DNA of 64,000 nt from Thalia democratica (lineage: Eukaryota): contig OZ241829.1 of the NCBI GenBank assembly GCA_965202585.1, positions 15,314,001 to 15,378,000 on the forward strand. The letters are read 5' to 3'. This document shows positions 62,153 through 64,000 of the stretch, in pieces. Made by a program: the position numbers and the translations under genes. Position 1 is the stretch's first letter; each line of letters begins with the position of its first letter. The notes below the pieces were generated by a model. It ran no database searches, was not told where the DNA came from, and worked only from the letters and a program-made list of their open reading frames with translations.

Positions 62153-64000
62153 AGTAAAGAAAAAACCATTTAAAATTGATTTCTTATATGTAGAAATTAC
62201 ATAACAAATAAAGAGTCAAGTTTTGACACTTTAGTTTGTTTTCTGTACTAATTAATTAATTGGTATAAAAACATTGTTAATTTTATATACTATTAAAAAT
62301 TGGTTATTTTATTGTGTGTAAATAAAAAAGTCAGTTTTTATTTAATGAAACTTACAGACTACCTCAATCTGTAAAACTTGCATGTTTAACATCAAATACA
62401 AGTTTGCCAACAACATTTTGCTGCAACAAAATATTTGACCGACTTCTTTTTAATTTGCTTTAAAATGTACAGCGAATCTCTAATTTCACGATGCAGATCA
62501 CCCAAAACATTGTAAATCAGTCTATTGGTGTTCACAACAAATGTAACCCACTTCGCTCGACGTACCTCTCTACACACACATAACCGGTTTTCAACAGAGA
62601 AGTAACTACAGCTTGAATTGAAGGCTGATCGGCTTTTTCGAAAGACGGCTTTTGTTCGGCTCCGACTTTAAACAACTCTCGAATGACTCACCAAACAGAG
62701 AATGAGCGTCATTGTCCTCAAAAAAAGTTTGGCTTTTCATCACAATCGAAAAGGTGAATGCTCGAAGGCCTTAATTACGAAGGCAAATACTCGAAAGAGT
62801 CACCTCGATTAGCCGGCTTTCATCTCTCGTGTCTGTGAGCGGACCAAGCACTCGAGAGCTAATCGGGTCTTTGGAGCAAACACACAGAAAAATCGCAACA
62901 AGGAAAAAGTTGAAAAACATCAAGAATTAAACAAAGGAACTTTCAAGTTCGCCTGTGCAAAGCCACCGAAGACGAGAACAGAGCGGAGACCACACCCAGG
63001 TAGGTGCGCGCGCGAGAAAGAGCGCCGAAGGGGCAGAAGAAAGAGAGAGTGAACCGCGAGCAGGAAAAAAGATTGGCGACCGCGGCAGCGAATTAAATTC
63101 TTTTTAGATATATTTGTTGATGATATTTTCCGCGACAAAGGAAATAATAAAGCATGCACCCTGTCAAAGCGACGGCCCTCGCATTAACGCCACAATAAGA
63201 AGGTCTCGCGTAAATGTCAGAGGCAACATTTATTGATGGTGTCAAAGTATTTATAGTGTCGCTAACGTGAGCTTTCCGGTAAGTTTTATGTTGGAGAGCG
63301 AATAGCTCGAGGTGCCAAAGTCGGATGTTTTTCAAGAACGAGATGTGCTACGGCTTTCTTTTGCGCCATTACATAAGTTGCCAGCACTTGCCAATTATTC
63401 AACTGCAGCGAAAACCACATCAGTCGAGCCGATACATTGTAACGCCTTAATTTAGCGCCGTGGATGTTTGCACACTTTGCACAAACTGATTATCTTGTTT
63501 TATTTAAAGTTCTAAGGAGTGTTCAAAAAGTCTAATTGAAAAACTCAAATAGGTTTTCTGTAATAATTAATAGTTCTGGTGCTCTTTATGCAAATACCTG
63601 GTGAAAAAGTAGGTCAGGTACAGTCGCTTTCGCACAACTTTTTATTTCTCCGTAAAACAAATATCTGGTAATTTATAAAAATCGCAAAAATCCAACAAAG
63701 CAGTATTACAAAGAGCGCGACAAAAACTAAAATTACACGAAGCCATTATCCAACACTTTCCCTACTTACACATCTCTCTCCGTGTTGCGCGAAACCCTGC
63801 CTTTGATGTCGGTTGCCGCTTTCAAAGCGACCTCAGGTATTTTTGCACTAAGAGAAGAGATAAGATGCGCCTGTGCATATACACTTCGTAGGAGACGAAA
63901 TGTTGTTTTTGTGCTTCGTTCGGCTGGCCCGAGCGCCTGTCAAAACACAAGCGCCGTTTTCCAAACTTTTCGTTTTTGTTGGAAAAGGAAACTAGTCGTT

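Noticed and set aside
62392-62577. 61-aa minus-strand ORF as the next lamc1 LN exon
   Set aside because: No match to the expected upstream LN sequence (GGxVAFSTLEGRP-like) and it ends in a stop; the true exon is presumably beyond the window.

Overview
Eukaryotic (invertebrate animal, plausibly a tunicate; not verifiable here) genomic window with very AT-rich introns and intergenic DNA and, for the most part, GC-rich exons. I reconstructed four protein-coding genes by hand from GT-AG splice sites with consistent reading phases. (1) The 3' part of a divergent PRD-class-like double-homeobox gene (+, <1-3251). (2) An intronless typical 2-Cys peroxiredoxin (-, 9676-10275). (3) A complete 15-exon, about 598-aa secreted ADAMTS-like metzincin that stops after one TSP1-like repeat (-, 19179-28785); the ORF track largely misses it. 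(4) 24 exons of laminin gamma-1 (-, 34083-62074), whose 5' end lies beyond the window. Between and inside the genes are several non-autonomous transposon families (Kolobok-like long-TIR elements, hAT-like MITEs, a foldback element with telomere-like repeats) and a tRNA-like SINE. The most notable oddities: a K50+Q50 double homeodomain; a truncated ADAMTS-like protease with an HT rather than HD zinc motif and a duplicated dead exon; a full CRE palindrome (TGACGTCA) in place of the polypyrimidine tract at three lamc1 splice acceptors; a 56-bp tandem duplication of a lamc1 acceptor; and strong exon-to-exon GC mosaicism. No rRNA, intact tRNA or CRISPR array was seen.
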